Positions 10,572-21,282 of a DNA stretch of 64,000 nucleotides are shown here, piece after piece. Every line of letters begins with the position of its first letter. Position 1 is the first letter of the stretch. The notes under the pieces were generated by a model. That model searched no databases, was not told the DNA's origin, and saw nothing but the letters and a program-made list of their open reading frames with translations. A program made the translations under genes and the position numbers. The stretch is from Bryobacterales bacterium. Lineage in GTDB: Bacteria > Acidobacteriota > Terriglobia > Bryobacterales > Bryobacteraceae. The stretch lies in the NCBI GenBank assembly GCA_963731375.1, contig CAVSUW010000008.1, positions 82,920-146,919 of the forward strand, written 5' to 3'.

Positions 10572-11498
10572 GTGGACGGCGGCCAGTCCAGCACGGCGGC
10601 GCTGATCGGCGACGAATCCGGCAAGGTGGTGGGCGTGGGCCACGCGGGACCTTGCAATCACGTCAGCACCGCCGAAAGCCACGCGCGTTTCAGGGACGCC
10701 ATCGGCGGAGCGGTCAACGCCGCGTGCCAGGCCGCCGGGATTGACGGAAGCGCGTTTCGCCGCCGCCTGCCTGGGCTTGAGCGGCGGACCCGCACGACAA
10801 GGAAGCGCTGGTGCGCGAGATCGTTGTCGGCGGAACACTATCGCATCACCAACGACGCGGTGATCGCGCTCCTGGGCGCGACGGCGGGCGAACCCGGTGT
10901 GATCGCCATCGCGGGCACCGGCTCCATCGCCTACGGCCGCAACGCGGAAGGCCGCACCGCGCGCGCCGGCGGCTGGGGATATGTGTTCGGCGATGAAGGC
11001 GGCGCGTTCGACCTGGTGCGGCAGGCCGTCCGCGCCGCGTTGCGGAAGGAAGAAGGCTGGGGACACGCCACTGCGCTGCGCGAAGCGTTGCTCGAAGCCA
11101 CCGGCGCGTCCGATATGAACGACTTGCTGCATCGCTTCTACACGCCGGCTTATCCGCGCGCGCGAATTGCTTCCTACGCGCCGCTGGTGGATGAAGCCGC
11201 GCGCAACGGCGACGCCGCCGCCCGCGAGATTCTCCAAAATGCGGCCCAGGCGCTGGCAACCTATGCGGCCGCGGTGCGCCGACAGCTGTTTCATCGCGGC
11301 GAGCTGGCGCGGACTTCCTATATCGGCGGCGTCTTTCGCAGCGACATCCTGCGCGAGCGATTCGCGATGCTGGTGCAGCTCGAGAGCGACGCGCCGGTTC
11401 ATCCTCCGGCGATGGGCCCCGCCGCGGGCGCGCTGATCGAGGCTTACCGGCTGGCGGGACTGAAGGTTCTACCTTCGAATGCTCCGCCCGGCGTGTGA
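10572..11498 (+). CDS. BadF/BadG/BcrA/BcrD-type ATPase (N-acetylglucosamine kinase-like)
   Basis: LGVDGGQSSTAALIGDESGKVVGVGHAGPCN, VIAIAGTGSIAYG, AGGWGYVFGDEGGAF. A local compensated frame excursion near 10760-10830. The true start is probably a few codons upstream. Confidence 0.7.
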   Translation: MDGGQSSTAALIGDESGKVVGVGHAGPCNHVSTAESHARFRDAIGGAVNAACQAAGIDGSAFRRRLPGLERRTRTTRKRWCARSLSAEHYRITNDAVIALLGATAGEPGVIAIAGTGSIAYGRNAEGRTARAGGWGYVFGDEGGAFDLVRQAVRAALRKEEGWGHATALREALLEATGASDMNDLLHRFYTPAYPRARIASYAPLVDEAARNGDAAAREILQNAAQALATYAAAVRRQLFHRGELARTSYIGGVFRSDILRERFAMLVQLESDAPVHPPAMGPAAGALIEAYRLAGLKVLPSNAPPGV

Positions 11499-11517
11499 CG
11501 CGTAGCATAAAGGAATC

Positions 11518-12374
11518 TTGGAACCCATTTCTCACTTCTTCTATTCCGACCGGCTGAAGCTCCAATTCTGGGATTGGGGCACCGAAGGCAAGCCGGCCCT
11601 GATCCTGGTGCACGGCGGCCTGGACCACGCGCGCAACTGGGATTGGGTGGCCAAGGCGTTGCGCGACGACTACCATGTGTATGCGCTCGATCTGCGCGGC
11701 CACGGCAACAGCGCCTGGGCGCCGGGAGCGCTCTATAGCGTCGCCGAGCATGTGCTCGATCTATCCGTGCTGGCGGACATCATCAACCGGTTTCCGGTGC
11801 GCATCATCGGACATTCGTTAGGCGCCATCACGACGCTGTTCTATGCGGGCGTGTATCCGGATCGCGTCGCACAAGCTGGTGGCGATTGAAGGCCTCGGAC
11901 TGCCGATTCAGGAAGCGCTTTACTCGGCGCCGGAACGCATTCGCCGCTGGATCGAGAAAGTGCGCGCGCTCGAAGAATCGCACGCAGCACAGCTATCCCA
12001 ATCTGGCCGCCGCGGTGGCGCGCATGAAGGAAGCCAACCCGTTTTTATCCGACCAAGTGGCCGAGCATCTGACCCTGCACGGCACCAACTGGAACGCCGA
12101 CGGGTCCATTATCTGGAAGTTCGATAACTACGCCCGCGTGTTTCCTCCCTATGGCGCGAACCTGCAGGAAGCCGCCGAGATTCTGCGGCAGATTTCCTGT
12201 CCGGCGCTGCTCTTCTGGGGACGGCAAAGTTTTGCCAAGGACCCGGAAACCGATCCGCTGGCGCAGGAAGTCGCCAATCGACGCATCGTCAAAGTGGATC
12301 AGGCCGGCCACTGGCTGCATCACGACCAGCTCGAAATCTTCTTGCGCGAGACCAAGAAGTTTCTGGCGGATTAG
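11518..12374 (+). CDS. alpha/beta-fold hydrolase, frame-disrupted
   Basis: LILVHGGLDHARNW, nucleophile elbow IIGHSLGA, C-terminal VDQAGHWLHHDQ. Three fragments: 11518-11889, 11843-12127, 11886-12374. Confidence 0.8.
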
Positions 12375-12384
12375 CGCGTAAGCG

Positions 12385-12885
12385 TCAGCGGGCGTAAGCC
12401 GCAATGCGGCGCTCGGAAGCCACTCCCTGCGTCACGCCGATACGCGGAGTTTTGCGGCCGCAGGGGCAAGGCGCGTCCTCGACGGATTCGTTCTCGAGCG
12501 GCAACGCGGGCGATTCAACGTGCAGGCCATCGTGGGCCTCGCATTCGGCGGCTAGCCGTTTGCCCGACTTCCCAATCACCTGCTCAAACACCGGCACGCG
12601 AAACGCGGACCACAGAGTATCGCGATCGGCCTCGCTCAGCCGCGGCTCCCCCGCCCTCCACAAGACGATGACGGAGTGCGTCAAAGAAGGAATGCCGCTG
12701 CGCGCCAGCTCCCTCAATTGTTCGAACGTGCCGGCGACCGCGGCGGGCGCGAACGCCGCAGCGTCCGTCACTCCACCCGTCGCGAAAAACACGCAGGGGG
12801 CGGTTCTCGAAAGCGTTCTCATGAAACCAGGGCACCAGGATCGCCGTACGGGGCGCGGGATGGACGGGGTACACAAACGAGTCAC
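12385..12885 (-). CDS. hypothetical protein resembling the C-terminal part of PaaK/CapK-type adenylate-forming enzymes
   Basis: 166-aa ORF. ECEAHDGLHVE and APCPCGRKTPRIG recall phenylacetate-CoA-ligase-like proteins, but it is only about one-third of their length. Confidence 0.35.
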   Translation of the reverse strand: MTRLCTPSIPRPVRRSWCPGFMRTLSRTAPCVFFATGGVTDAAAFAPAAVAGTFEQLRELARSGIPSLTHSVIVLWRAGEPRLSEADRDTLWSAFRVPVFEQVIGKSGKRLAAECEAHDGLHVESPALPLENESVEDAPCPCGRKTPRIGVTQGVASERRIAAYAR

Positions 12886-12932
12886 TCCGTCCGCTTGCGG
12901 AATAAAACGCCAGTCACGAATAAATCGTTGGA

Positions 12933-13867
12933 TCAGGCGGCCATTATTCTCAGCAGATTTTCGCCGAAGATGGCGCGCGCGTCGGCCAGGCTCACGCCCA
13001 GCTCATACAGCGCCGTAGCCTGTTCCTCGAAAATCTGATAGTGCCAGCCCCGCGGAAAGTACGACGAATCGCTGCCGAACAGCAGGCGCTTCGGCCCCAC
13101 CACGTCCAGCGCGTGCCGGAACACCTGGCGCAGATCCATATGCGATTCCTGGTAGCGCATCCAGCGGTTGCTGCTGGAGGTATCCAGGTACACGTTGGGG
13201 CAGAGGTCGGCCAGCATCAGCGCCTCGCGGAAATAGCCCGCCCCGAAGTGCGGAACGATGAAGGGAACCTGCGGATGGCGCGCGGCCACCGCATGCAGAT
13301 CGATGGGGTTCGAGAAGCGCAGATCGAACGGCGAGGGCAGCCCCAGCTTCTGGCGAACGCCGACACTCAGCGCGCCGCAATGGACGAAGACGGCGCGATG
13401 GCCTTCGGCGGCCCACTGCAAGACCGGTTCGACCAAAGGGTCATGAATCGAGTAGCCGTGCATGGCGGGAAACAGGCAGGCGACGCGGATGTCCGGAAAA
13501 TGTTTCGGGTTTCCAGGTGCGCGGATTCACCATGGCGAAGGCAAAGAAACGGTCGGGATGGGCGCGCACAGCGGCGGTGACGGATTCATGATCGCCGGGA
13601 AGGCTGGCGATCAGCGCGGCGCGGTCGACGCCGTGGCGGTCCAGTTCGCGCGCCCACACCTCGGCCAGTTTTTCGGGCTCGGCGGGCGGAAACTGCCACT
13701 CGAGCTTGCGCCTGCATGGCTTCGAGCGTCAGCCCGGGCTTTTGCGCGGCTAGCAGCTCAAAGAAATGGTGCGAGAAAAAATGCACGTGGGCGTCGGCCA
13801 CCAGCAACGGTCCCCAGGGGACTGGCGGGCGATGCGTTGATCGGCGATCCGTCGACGGTTCACTCAT
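12933..13867 (-). CDS. amidohydrolase-2 family metal-dependent hydrolase, frame-disrupted
   Basis: N-terminal [59 protein letters not shown]. Fragments 13586-13867, 13441-13659, 12933-13463. Confidence 0.75.
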
Positions 13868-14546
13868 GTGCGCCGTGCGCGCCGTCGTTGGACGCCAACT
13901 GGGTCAGGCCGCTCGACAGCGCGAGTTGCGTCAGGCCCGCGACATTATTGATGCCCAGTTTCTTCATCATGGTCTTGCGGTAGCTGCGGACGGTCTGCTC
14001 GCGAAGATCCAGCAGGTTGGCGATTTCCTTGCTGGTCTTGCCCTCGGCCACCATGCGCAGCACTTGCACTTCGCGCGGCGAGAGCCCTTCCAGAACCGAG
14101 GACTGCTGCTTGGATTCGAGGTCGCCTTTTTGGATGCGGTTCAGCAGGCGATCGGACACTTGCGGACTCAGGTACGCGCCGCCCCGCGCCACCACGTGCA
14201 GGGCTTCCAGCAGATCGCTGTCGGAAACTTTCTTCAGAATGAAGCCGCGAGCGCCGGAGCGCACCGCGCCCACCACCGAGTTCTCGTCGTCATACATGGA
14301 GAGGATCACGACCTTGCATTCCGGGTGATAGCGCAGGATTTCAGCCGTGGTCTCGACACCGTTCAATCCCGGCAGGCCGATGTCCATGAGCACCAGCTCG
14401 GGATGGTGCAGCTTCACGAACTGCAAGGCGTCGGCGCCCGATTCGGCTTCGCCGACCACGCGAAATTCGGGATCGCGCTCCAGAATGGCTTTGATGCCAT
14501 CCCGCATGATCTTGTGGTCATCCACCAGCAGGACGTCGACCGGCAT
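13860..14546 (-). CDS. NarL/LuxR-family response regulator
   Basis: Intact 228 aa. Receiver: VLLVDDHKIMRDG...LVLMDIGLPGLNG. LuxR HTH: LSPREVQVLRMVAEGKTSKEIANLLDLREQTVRSYR. Confidence 0.95.
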   Translation of the reverse strand: MPVDVLLVDDHKIMRDGIKAILERDPEFRVVGEAESGADALQFVKLHHPELVLMDIGLPGLNGVETTAEILRYHPECKVVILSMYDDENSVVGAVRSGARGFILKKVSDSDLLEALHVVARGGAYLSPQVSDRLLNRIQKGDLESKQQSSVLEGLSPREVQVLRMVAEGKTSKEIANLLDLREQTVRSYRKTMMKKLGINNVAGLTQLALSSGLTQLASNDGAHGAHE

Positions 14547-15162
14547 ATTGGATCACAACGATTGTACCCTGATTTGTTTTATTCTGCCGTGTCTTTCGGG
14601 CTTTGCCGCTATTTCGAAGCTCAGTCCGGAATGGCGGGCCAGCAGCGCGGCGGCGGCCAAGTCCTTGCCCGCGCCGCGCAAACGGCCATTCCATGCGACC
14701 CGCGCCGTCACCGACCGGGACCCGGAGACGGAGATGGCAATGCGCGTGACTCCGGGAGCAACCGATGCCGCCGCGACCGACGCTGGCGATGGCGCGATAC
14801 ACCGCGTCGACCGCCACCGGAGCCAGAACCGCCGTCGCCGTGTAGCGCAGGGTGACGCCGCCGAATGCTTCGGCGAGATCCAGCAGCGCGTTCTTCAATC
14901 CGGTGCGGCGGACCGGCGAGGGCTCCAGCTGGCGGCTGAGTTTGCGCACCTGCTCCATGACGCCGTCGAGGGCTTCGGCCACCTCCGCGACGCGCGCGCC
15001 GGCTTCGGGGAAATCCATGCTGAGCAGTTGCAGGCGCAGCCCAGCCACCGCCAGCAAAGCAGCCAACTTCGTCATGCAGCACGCTGGCGGCGCGGCGCAA
15101 TTCGGTGTACAAGCGCGAACGCATTCCCGCGCCAGTTCATCGGCCGGGGACTTTTTGGACAT
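14543..15162 (-). CDS. small cytoplasmic HisKA_3-type histidine kinase (partner of the NarL-type regulator), frame-disrupted
   Basis: The H-box region LHDE is in frame 14708-15124, and the dimerisation/ATPase remainder is in 14518-15162. At most ~210 aa fit between the neighbouring genes, so there is no room for a sensor or TM domain. Confidence 0.55.
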
Positions 15163-15183
15163 GGCGTGGCTACAGGATGCGTT

Positions 15184-16153
15184 CTAGCGCTTGCGGGCGA
15201 TAGCGCGGCGGGCCGCGGCGACAACATTCGACGGCGCGCAGACCATATTTGTCGAGCAACTGATCGGGCGTGGCCGATTCCGCGTAGGTATTGTTGATGC
15301 CGACGAACTCCATCACCGCGGGATGCGTTTCGGCCACCACCTGGGCCACGCGCACGCCCAGGCCGGCGTCCAGCCAGATGCTCTTCGGAAACCACGATGG
15401 CGCCGGTTTCCGCGGCGGCGCGGGAGATCGCGTCGCGGTCCAGCGGCTTGATGGTGTGCATGTCGATCACGCGCGCGGAGACGCCTTCGGCTTCGAGCGT
15501 CTCGGCGGCGCGAATGGATTCGGCCACCATCAGGCCGGTGGCGATCAACGTGACGTCCGAGCCGTCGATCAACTGGATGGCCTTGCCGATCTCAAACACC
15601 TGGTCCGCCGCATAGATCACCGGCACCTTCAGGCGGCCGGTGCGGATGAACATCGGCCCGAAGACTTCGGCGGCGCGCTTCACCAGCGCCATCGTCGCGA
15701 CTTCGTCGGCCGGCGACATCACCGTGAAGCCGGGCAGCGAGCAGGCCAGGCTCAGATCCTCGACGCTCATCTGCGAAGGCCCGTCTTCGCCGATCGAAAT
15801 ACCGCTGTGCGTCCCGACGATCTTCAGATTCACGTTGGGATAACGCGGCGGTCACGCGAAGTTGCTCGAAACCCTTGTTCAGCAGGAACACCGAGAAACT
15901 GGACGCGAAAGGAATCTTGCCCGCCCATGGCCAGGCCCGCGCCGATCGCGACCATGTTGGCCTCGGCGATGCCGCATTCGAAGAACCGGTCGGGAAATGC
16001 GTGGCCGAATTCAGCAGTGTAGGTGGATTTCGAAAGATCGGCGTCGAGCACCACCACGTTCGGGATTCACGCGGCCCAGTTCGGCCAGGGCCTTGCCGAA
16101 GGCCTCGCGCGTCGCGAGACCGGCTTCAATTCGAATTTGGTTTTGGCGGGCAT
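15184..16153 (-). CDS. transketolase, C-terminal (pyrimidine-binding) subunit of a split enzyme, frame-disrupted
   Basis: MPAKTKFELK..., VVLDADLSKSTYTAEF, FFECGIAEANMV, IVGTHSGISIGEDGPSQMSVEDL, IDMHTIKPLD. The inferred native end RRAIARKR-stop is at 15184. Confidence 0.9.
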
Positions 16154-16171
16154 GATCGGCGGTGTCCTTTC

Positions 16172-16998
16172 CTATGCCAGCTCGGCCAGAGCGCGGGCTT
16201 CTTCTTCGACCGTGGGAGCCGTCCCATGGAACTTTGGATTGTTCTCCATGAACGACACACCCTTGCCTTTGATGGTGTGCGCGATGATCACGCGTGGGTT
16301 GTTCCTTCATCGCGGCGGCCTCGGCAAACGCTTTCTGCAGCGCGCGCGATATCGTGGCCTTCCACTTCGATGGTGTGCCAGCCGAAGCTGCGTCCACTTT
16401 TCCGCCAGCGGGCTCTCGTCCATAATGTCCTTCACGAAGCCGTCGAGCTGAATGCGATTGCTGTCGACGATCGCCACCAGATTGTCCACCTTGTTGAAAG
16501 CCGGCGAACATCGCGGCTTCCCAGATCTGGCCCTCTTGAATTTCGCCGTCGCCCAACATCACAAACGTGCGCGATGGACTCTTGTCGAGCCGCGCCGCCA
16601 GCGCCATGCCGATACCCAGCGACAGGCCCTCGCCGAGCGATCCGGTCGACGCTTCGAGCGACGGCAGGAAGCGCACATCGGGATGCCCCTGATAGATCGA
16701 ACCCAGCTTGCGCAGCGTGTTGAGCTGATCCTTGGGGCAGTAGCCGCACTCCGCCATCACCGCGTAGAGGATCGGACAACAGTGGCCCTTCGAAAGAATG
16801 AAGCGGTCGCGGTCCTTCCACTTGGGGTTGGCCGGATCGTGGCGCATCACGTCGAAGAACAGCGTCACGATCGATTTCGACCGCCGACAGCGATCCGCCC
16901 GGATGGCCGGATTTCGCTTCGGTGATCATTTCGATCACTTCGCGGCGCATGCGTTTCGAGATCGCCGCGAGTTCGGTCACATTGCTCGTGGTCTGCAT
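16172..16998 (-). CDS. transketolase, N-terminal (TPP-binding) subunit of a split enzyme, frame-disrupted
   Basis: [87 protein letters not shown]. At least 4 frame switches. Confidence 0.9.
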
Positions 16999-17033
16999 GT
17001 GTTTTTACTTTAGCATCGCGCTAAACTAAGCGA

Positions 17034-18318
17034 ATGTCTCTGGTGGCGCGCCTCGAAGCGTGCAAGGGAAAATTCGGCGCCGACGCCGCGCGCGAAGTGC
17101 TCGCGCTGCTGAAACGCATCGAGCGAACACGGTTTCGCGATCCACAAGAACTGATTCAACTCCACGAGACAGTGATGTTCCTGCGCGCCTACCCGCAAAG
17201 CGCTCGAAGTTTTGCGTCACGCGGATCGAATTCTGTTTTCATTCGGCGAACGCCTGCGCGGATTGCCTCGCGAAGACTTCGAATACTCCGACGTTTCGGG
17301 CATCGCCGGCACCGGCTTAACCACCAACTTCAGTTATCCATTCGCCAAGAGCCTCGCCGAGCGGCACGCCGGCGACGTCAGCATCGATTGGGAACAATAC
17401 CAGCATGCGGATCGCCTGGGTCCGATTCTCGCGCGCCTGATCCCGGAGTCGTTCGAGGACTGGGCCGTGGCCCCGCATCCCGACTGGCGGCGCTGGTACG
17501 AAAACGCGGGCGGCACTCTGCCGTGGCTGATCCGCGGCGTCACGCCCGAAGTGTACGACCTGCTGGAGTTGCCGATTCGCTGGGATTTGCGCGATTCACC
17601 CGCGTCCCGTTCGCGCGCGCGCATTCCGCGGAAGAAGATCTTCTATCACGACGGTCCGTTCCTGACCCGCAAAGACGTGTCCATCGAGGCCGAATTCGCA
17701 GCGCCGAAGATCGCCGTGCAGCGCTTGCCGCGGACCGAGGCGCAGCGAATGATCGACATCATCGTGGACGCCTCCGCCGTGCGCTATCGCGAGTTGTACG
17801 GATTCCTCTACCCGGACGCCGCGAACGTATTTCACGCCGACCTCGGCCGCGGCATGGACTTCTACTTCTTCGGCGTAGCCCGCAAATGGCGACTGCCGAA
17901 ACGCGACTATAGCTGCGGCATGTACTTCAAGAACGGCGTGCCGATCGGTTACGTCGAAGTGCTATGGCCCCGCGAGCCCAAGGGCGGACGCATGGAAGTG
18001 GGCTTCAATCTGTACTACACGTTTCGCCAGGGCGAGACGGCGTGGCTGTACGCGCGCTTGCTGAAGCTGTACCGCGAACGCTATCGCGTGACGTCGTTTT
18101 TGGTCGATCCCTATCAGTTGGGACACGAGAACGAAGAAGCCATCGAATCCGGCTCTTTCTGGTTCTATTACAAGCTAGGCTTCCGTCCGGAATCGCCCGA
18201 AGCGGCGCGCCTCGCCGAACGCGAACAGCAAAAGATTGCCTCGCAACCCGGCTATCGCACGCCTCCCGCGACATTGCGGAAACTGGCGGTGTCGCCGGTC
18301 GTATACGGATGCAGGTGA
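17034..18318 (+). CDS. conserved hypothetical protein with GNAT-like C-terminal fold, one frame switch
   Basis: Fragment 17034-~17215 joins 17212-18318. C-terminal: GVPIGYVEVL...VGFNLYYTFRQGE...AIESGSFWFYYKLGFRP resembles acyltransferase (GNAT) ends. Confidence 0.55.
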
Positions 18319-18339
18319 ATTGTAAGCTTCTTGACTAAT

Positions 18340-18357
18340 GTTCGCATATATGCGAAC
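18340..18357. promoter_or_regulatory. perfect 18-bp palindrome, candidate HigBA operator
   Basis: GTTCGCATATATGCGAAC equals its own reverse complement. It lies 8 nt upstream of the higB ATG and 3 nt downstream of a TTGACT hexamer (18331-18336). Confidence 0.5.
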
Positions 18358-18365
18358 GTTAATCG

Positions 18366-18734
18366 ATGCCTCTCACAGAGGTCGTCTTCTACTCGGAAGA
18401 CGGAAAGGCACCGGTCCGAGAGTGGCTGAAAACTCTTCCGGTGAAGGCACAGATAAAATGCCTTGCCTATCTGAGTCAATTGGAGAATCGCGGACACGAA
18501 CTGCGGAGGCCGATCGCCGATTCGCTGCGGGACGGTATTTACGAATTACGTCCGTCTTGTGCCGGCGTGCATTATCGAATCCTGTACTTCTTTGCGGGAA
18601 AGGACGTCGTGGTCGTATCTCACGGGATGATCAAAGAGGCGGCGGTACCTGCTGCGGACATCCAACGCGCAATTGCGCGGCGAAAGAAGTTCATGGCAAA
18701 TCCTGGCGCGCACTCCACGATAACGGAGCGATAG
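18366..18734 (+). CDS. higB: type II toxin, HigB/RelE superfamily (Gp49-like)
   Basis: Intact 122 aa. VREWLKTLPVKAQIKCLAYLSQLENRGHELRRPIADSLRDGIYELRP...YRILYFFAGKDVVVVSHGMIKE. Toxin-first order, followed 4 nt later by an HTH antitoxin. Confidence 0.8.
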   Translation: MPLTEVVFYSEDGKAPVREWLKTLPVKAQIKCLAYLSQLENRGHELRRPIADSLRDGIYELRPSCAGVHYRILYFFAGKDVVVVSHGMIKEAAVPAADIQRAIARRKKFMANPGAHSTITER

Positions 18735-18738
18735 CAAT

Positions 18739-19074
18739 ATGACCAAACGATTTCAGTCCGCGGCGCTGCAAGAGGTCTACCAGGAGATCGTGGGTCAGGA
18801 CGGTGCCAAGCAAGAGGTGTTCGAACAGGAACTGGTGAATGTCGAAGCGGCTCAGTTGCTGTATGACATGCGCACCAAGGCAGGACTGAGCCAGCGGGCG
18901 CTTGCGAAACGGGTCGGCACCACCGCCAGCGTCATTTGTCGGTTGGAGGACGCTGACTACCAGGGGCACACGCTCGCCATGTTGCACAGGATTGCGGCGG
19001 CTCTGGAACGGCGCCTGGAACTGCGCGCAGTGCCCCTTACTCCTCGGCGACCACGGAAGGCGCGCGCCCGATAA
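18739..19074 (+). CDS. higA: type II antitoxin, XRE/HigA-type HTH protein
   Basis: Intact 111 aa. HTH: LYDMRTKAGLSQRALAKRVGTTASVICRLED. Confidence 0.8.
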   Translation: MTKRFQSAALQEVYQEIVGQDGAKQEVFEQELVNVEAAQLLYDMRTKAGLSQRALAKRVGTTASVICRLEDADYQGHTLAMLHRIAAALERRLELRAVPLTPRRPRKARAR

Positions 19075-19882
19075 TCGCCAGCGCGTTCGTTGAATGTTCT
19101 TCGAACCCATACCGTTGAAACTGACGCCCGGCAAGCGCAGCAGGTGGATCCAGATACTCGTCGGCCAATAGCATCTGTTCCACGTAATTGTAGATAGCGT
19201 CAACATCCTCGGCGTCGTTGATGGATTGAAGCCAAACCGTTTGACCGTGAAATTGAAGCAAGACCACATTTGCAAGCGCACACGGCCCCAGACATCCTGA
19301 GACCGTCAAATGAAACCGGCGACGAATTCCGCGTTTCTTCCACTGAGTCTTGAACTCTTCGAGAGGCAGCGCCGGGAAACCTTTGTCTGTCCTGCCGCAG
19401 CAACAACCCTGGCAGACGAATAAGTGGCCGTCCAGAATGCGAATTCGCTTGGAGGCGCCGTCCGCGCGGATGTACTGTCGCATCGGACTCCGCTCGAACG
19501 GTGACAGGTCTGTTCTTCGCTCCAGGAGCTCCACCGGTTTGCCGTGCGGCGTGTGCCAGTAGGCGTCGGCCCAAGCCTCCTTGCGTTCGCGGAGGGCCGC
19601 GCTGTCCGTCAAGCCTTTTCCCGTGACGAGCCGTTCGAGTGCAGCCAGCCAATGGTGATAGTAGCGCGAGCCATCGTCAGGCTCGCCCCGGTTTGCCGCC
19701 ATTTTGAGCTCATTCGCGAGCGTGGCTGCCCATTCCGTCCAAGTGAAATGCCCCTGCCCTGACAACTGCACCGCCAGCGCGAACGCCTGCGCTTCCCAAG
19801 GTTCGGCGAATACCGGCCCCCCGGTGTCACATGGAATTCGGGGCAGTGCAGTCAGAAGGTCGTCCGCGTGGAGGCAGATCAT
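19037..19882 (-). CDS. nitrile hydratase accessory (activator) protein fused to a Cys-rich thioredoxin-like ferredoxin domain
   Basis: Intact 281 aa. N-terminal half: PVFAEPWEAQAFALAVQLSGQGHFTWTEWAATLANEL...YYHHWLAALERLV, as in NHase activator proteins. C-terminal half: HLFVCQGCCCGRTDKG...TVSGCLGPCALANVVLL. Confidence 0.7.
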   Translation of the reverse strand: MICLHADDLLTALPRIPCDTGGPVFAEPWEAQAFALAVQLSGQGHFTWTEWAATLANELKMAANRGEPDDGSRYYHHWLAALERLVTGKGLTDSAALRERKEAWADAYWHTPHGKPVELLERRTDLSPFERSPMRQYIRADGASKRIRILDGHLFVCQGCCCGRTDKGFPALPLEEFKTQWKKRGIRRRFHLTVSGCLGPCALANVVLLQFHGQTVWLQSINDAEDVDAIYNYVEQMLLADEYLDPPAALAGRQFQRYGFEEHSTNALAIIGRAPSVVAEE

Positions 19883-20538
19883 GCCGGCTCAAGGTAGTCA
19901 TCCCACATATCGATATAAACCGAATCCCTTGGCGATGCCTGTTCGCCCCACAATTCGCGAGCGGCAAAACGAACCGAATAGACGTGCTGCGGCTTCTCGC
20001 CCGATCCTGCGACGTTAGTGTCTGGGAAGATAAAGACACCGTGGTCGCGATCCACCGTGCCCACTTTTCCGCGCGCGTATCGAGGCAGCCGCGTGTGCCC
20101 AAGGGGATTGATATTGCGGCCGCGCACCGCCTGCCCGACCTTAAACATCGGCGCCACAACCACGTCCCTGCGCGACGGTGCGCCCTTGGCTACGAAGTCC
20201 GGCACCTGCTCCGCCTTCAGCAGCGGCACGGCCTTGGGCGAGCGCTGCGCCGGCTTGCCCTTCAGGATCTCCTCGGTGGTAACGAATCCGCCCTCCACCA
20301 GAAGTTCGCTGAACGCGACCACAAATCTTGCGTAATAGCTAAGACGCAGTTGCTCTTCAGGTGGAATCAACTCGACGTGATAACGATTGGACTTGCCGTT
20401 AAACTTGGGCCACGGCCGCATCGCGCGCCGCAGCGCAAAGATCCGCGATTCCCAGCGCGCGTGGAACACTGGCTCGTTTTTCTCGCGCTCAATCGGGCCC
20501 ATTCCCTGCATGCCGCCCATGTCGTGGATTCCGTTCAT
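19879..20538 (-). CDS. nthB: nitrile hydratase beta subunit
   Basis: [16 protein letters not shown]...[15 protein letters not shown]; C-terminal [10 protein letters not shown]. Internal Met at 20538 chosen; it overlaps the alpha-subunit stop (ATGA). Confidence 0.9.
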   Translation of the reverse strand: MNGIHDMGGMQGMGPIEREKNEPVFHARWESRIFALRRAMRPWPKFNGKSNRYHVELIPPEEQLRLSYYARFVVAFSELLVEGGFVTTEEILKGKPAQRSPKAVPLLKAEQVPDFVAKGAPSRRDVVVAPMFKVGQAVRGRNINPLGHTRLPRYARGKVGTVDRDHGVFIFPDTNVAGSGEKPQHVYSVRFAARELWGEQASPRDSVYIDMWDDYLEPA

Positions 20539-21245
20539 GCCCGTTCTCCCGCCTCCGCAAGCACGACCTTGGCCACGCCGATCATGGCATCGCGCGTAAC
20601 CAGTGCGGCAAGCGCTTCTTCGCTCAGCGTCTCGCTGCCCGCGGGGCGCTCCGGCAAAACCAGGTAGCGAACCTCGGCGGTGCTGTCCCAAACACGCACC
20701 TCAACATCTTCGGCAAGCTCGAGCCCAAACTCGCGCAATACACCACGCGGGTCTATGACCGAGCGCGACCGATAAGGCGCCGATTTGTACCACACAGGCG
20801 GCAGACCGAGCACTGGCCACGGATAGCAGGAACAGAGAGTACACACTACAAGGTTGTGGATGTGCGACGTATTCTCGAGGACCACCATGTCTTCGCCCTG
20901 GTCGCCGGTGTAACCCAATTCCGCGATTGCCGACGTGGCATTGGTCAACAGACGCTGCTTGTAAGCCGGATCGGTCCATGCCTTTGCAACTACGCGAGCG
21001 CCATTACGCGGGCCGATCTTGTGCTCGTACGTATCGACTAAGGCATCCAGAGCCGCCCGGTCAACCAACCCTTTGTCCACCAAGAGCGATTCGAGCGACT
21101 TGACTCGTAGAGCTGGGTCGGAAGGAACCACCTGATGGTTGTGATCGTGGTCTTGAATCTTAGAGACGTCTTGCGCCTTAGCGAGGTCTTGCGCCACTAC
21201 CGCCCCCGTCGTTGCCAGGAAGCCGCGTCGAGTCGAATCCATCAA
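20535..21245 (-). CDS. nthA: nitrile hydratase alpha subunit, cobalt type, with N-terminal twin-arginine signal-like extension
   Basis: Metal-binding claw [22 protein letters not shown] (Thr in VCTLCSC is the Co-type signature). About 35 extra N-terminal residues: [26 protein letters not shown]. Confidence 0.9.
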   Translation of the reverse strand: MMDSTRRGFLATTGAVVAQDLAKAQDVSKIQDHDHNHQVVPSDPALRVKSLESLLVDKGLVDRAALDALVDTYEHKIGPRNGARVVAKAWTDPAYKQRLLTNATSAIAELGYTGDQGEDMVVLENTSHIHNLVVCTLCSCYPWPVLGLPPVWYKSAPYRSRSVIDPRGVLREFGLELAEDVEVRVWDSTAEVRYLVLPERPAGSETLSEEALAALVTRDAMIGVAKVVLAEAGERA

Positions 21246-21282
21246 GTGCTCCTTCCCGTACCGTCTGGGTCAAGCCAATAAT

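Noticed and set aside
9993-11402. 469-aa minus-strand ORF. Similar long antisense ORFs occur at 310-1467, 43715-44959, 45743-46939, 61422-62432 and 62897-63646
   Set aside because: All lie opposite genes with strong family motifs (GlcNAc-kinase-like, dnaG, prfA, dinB, priA). All have Arg/Ala/Gly-dominated low-information sequence.
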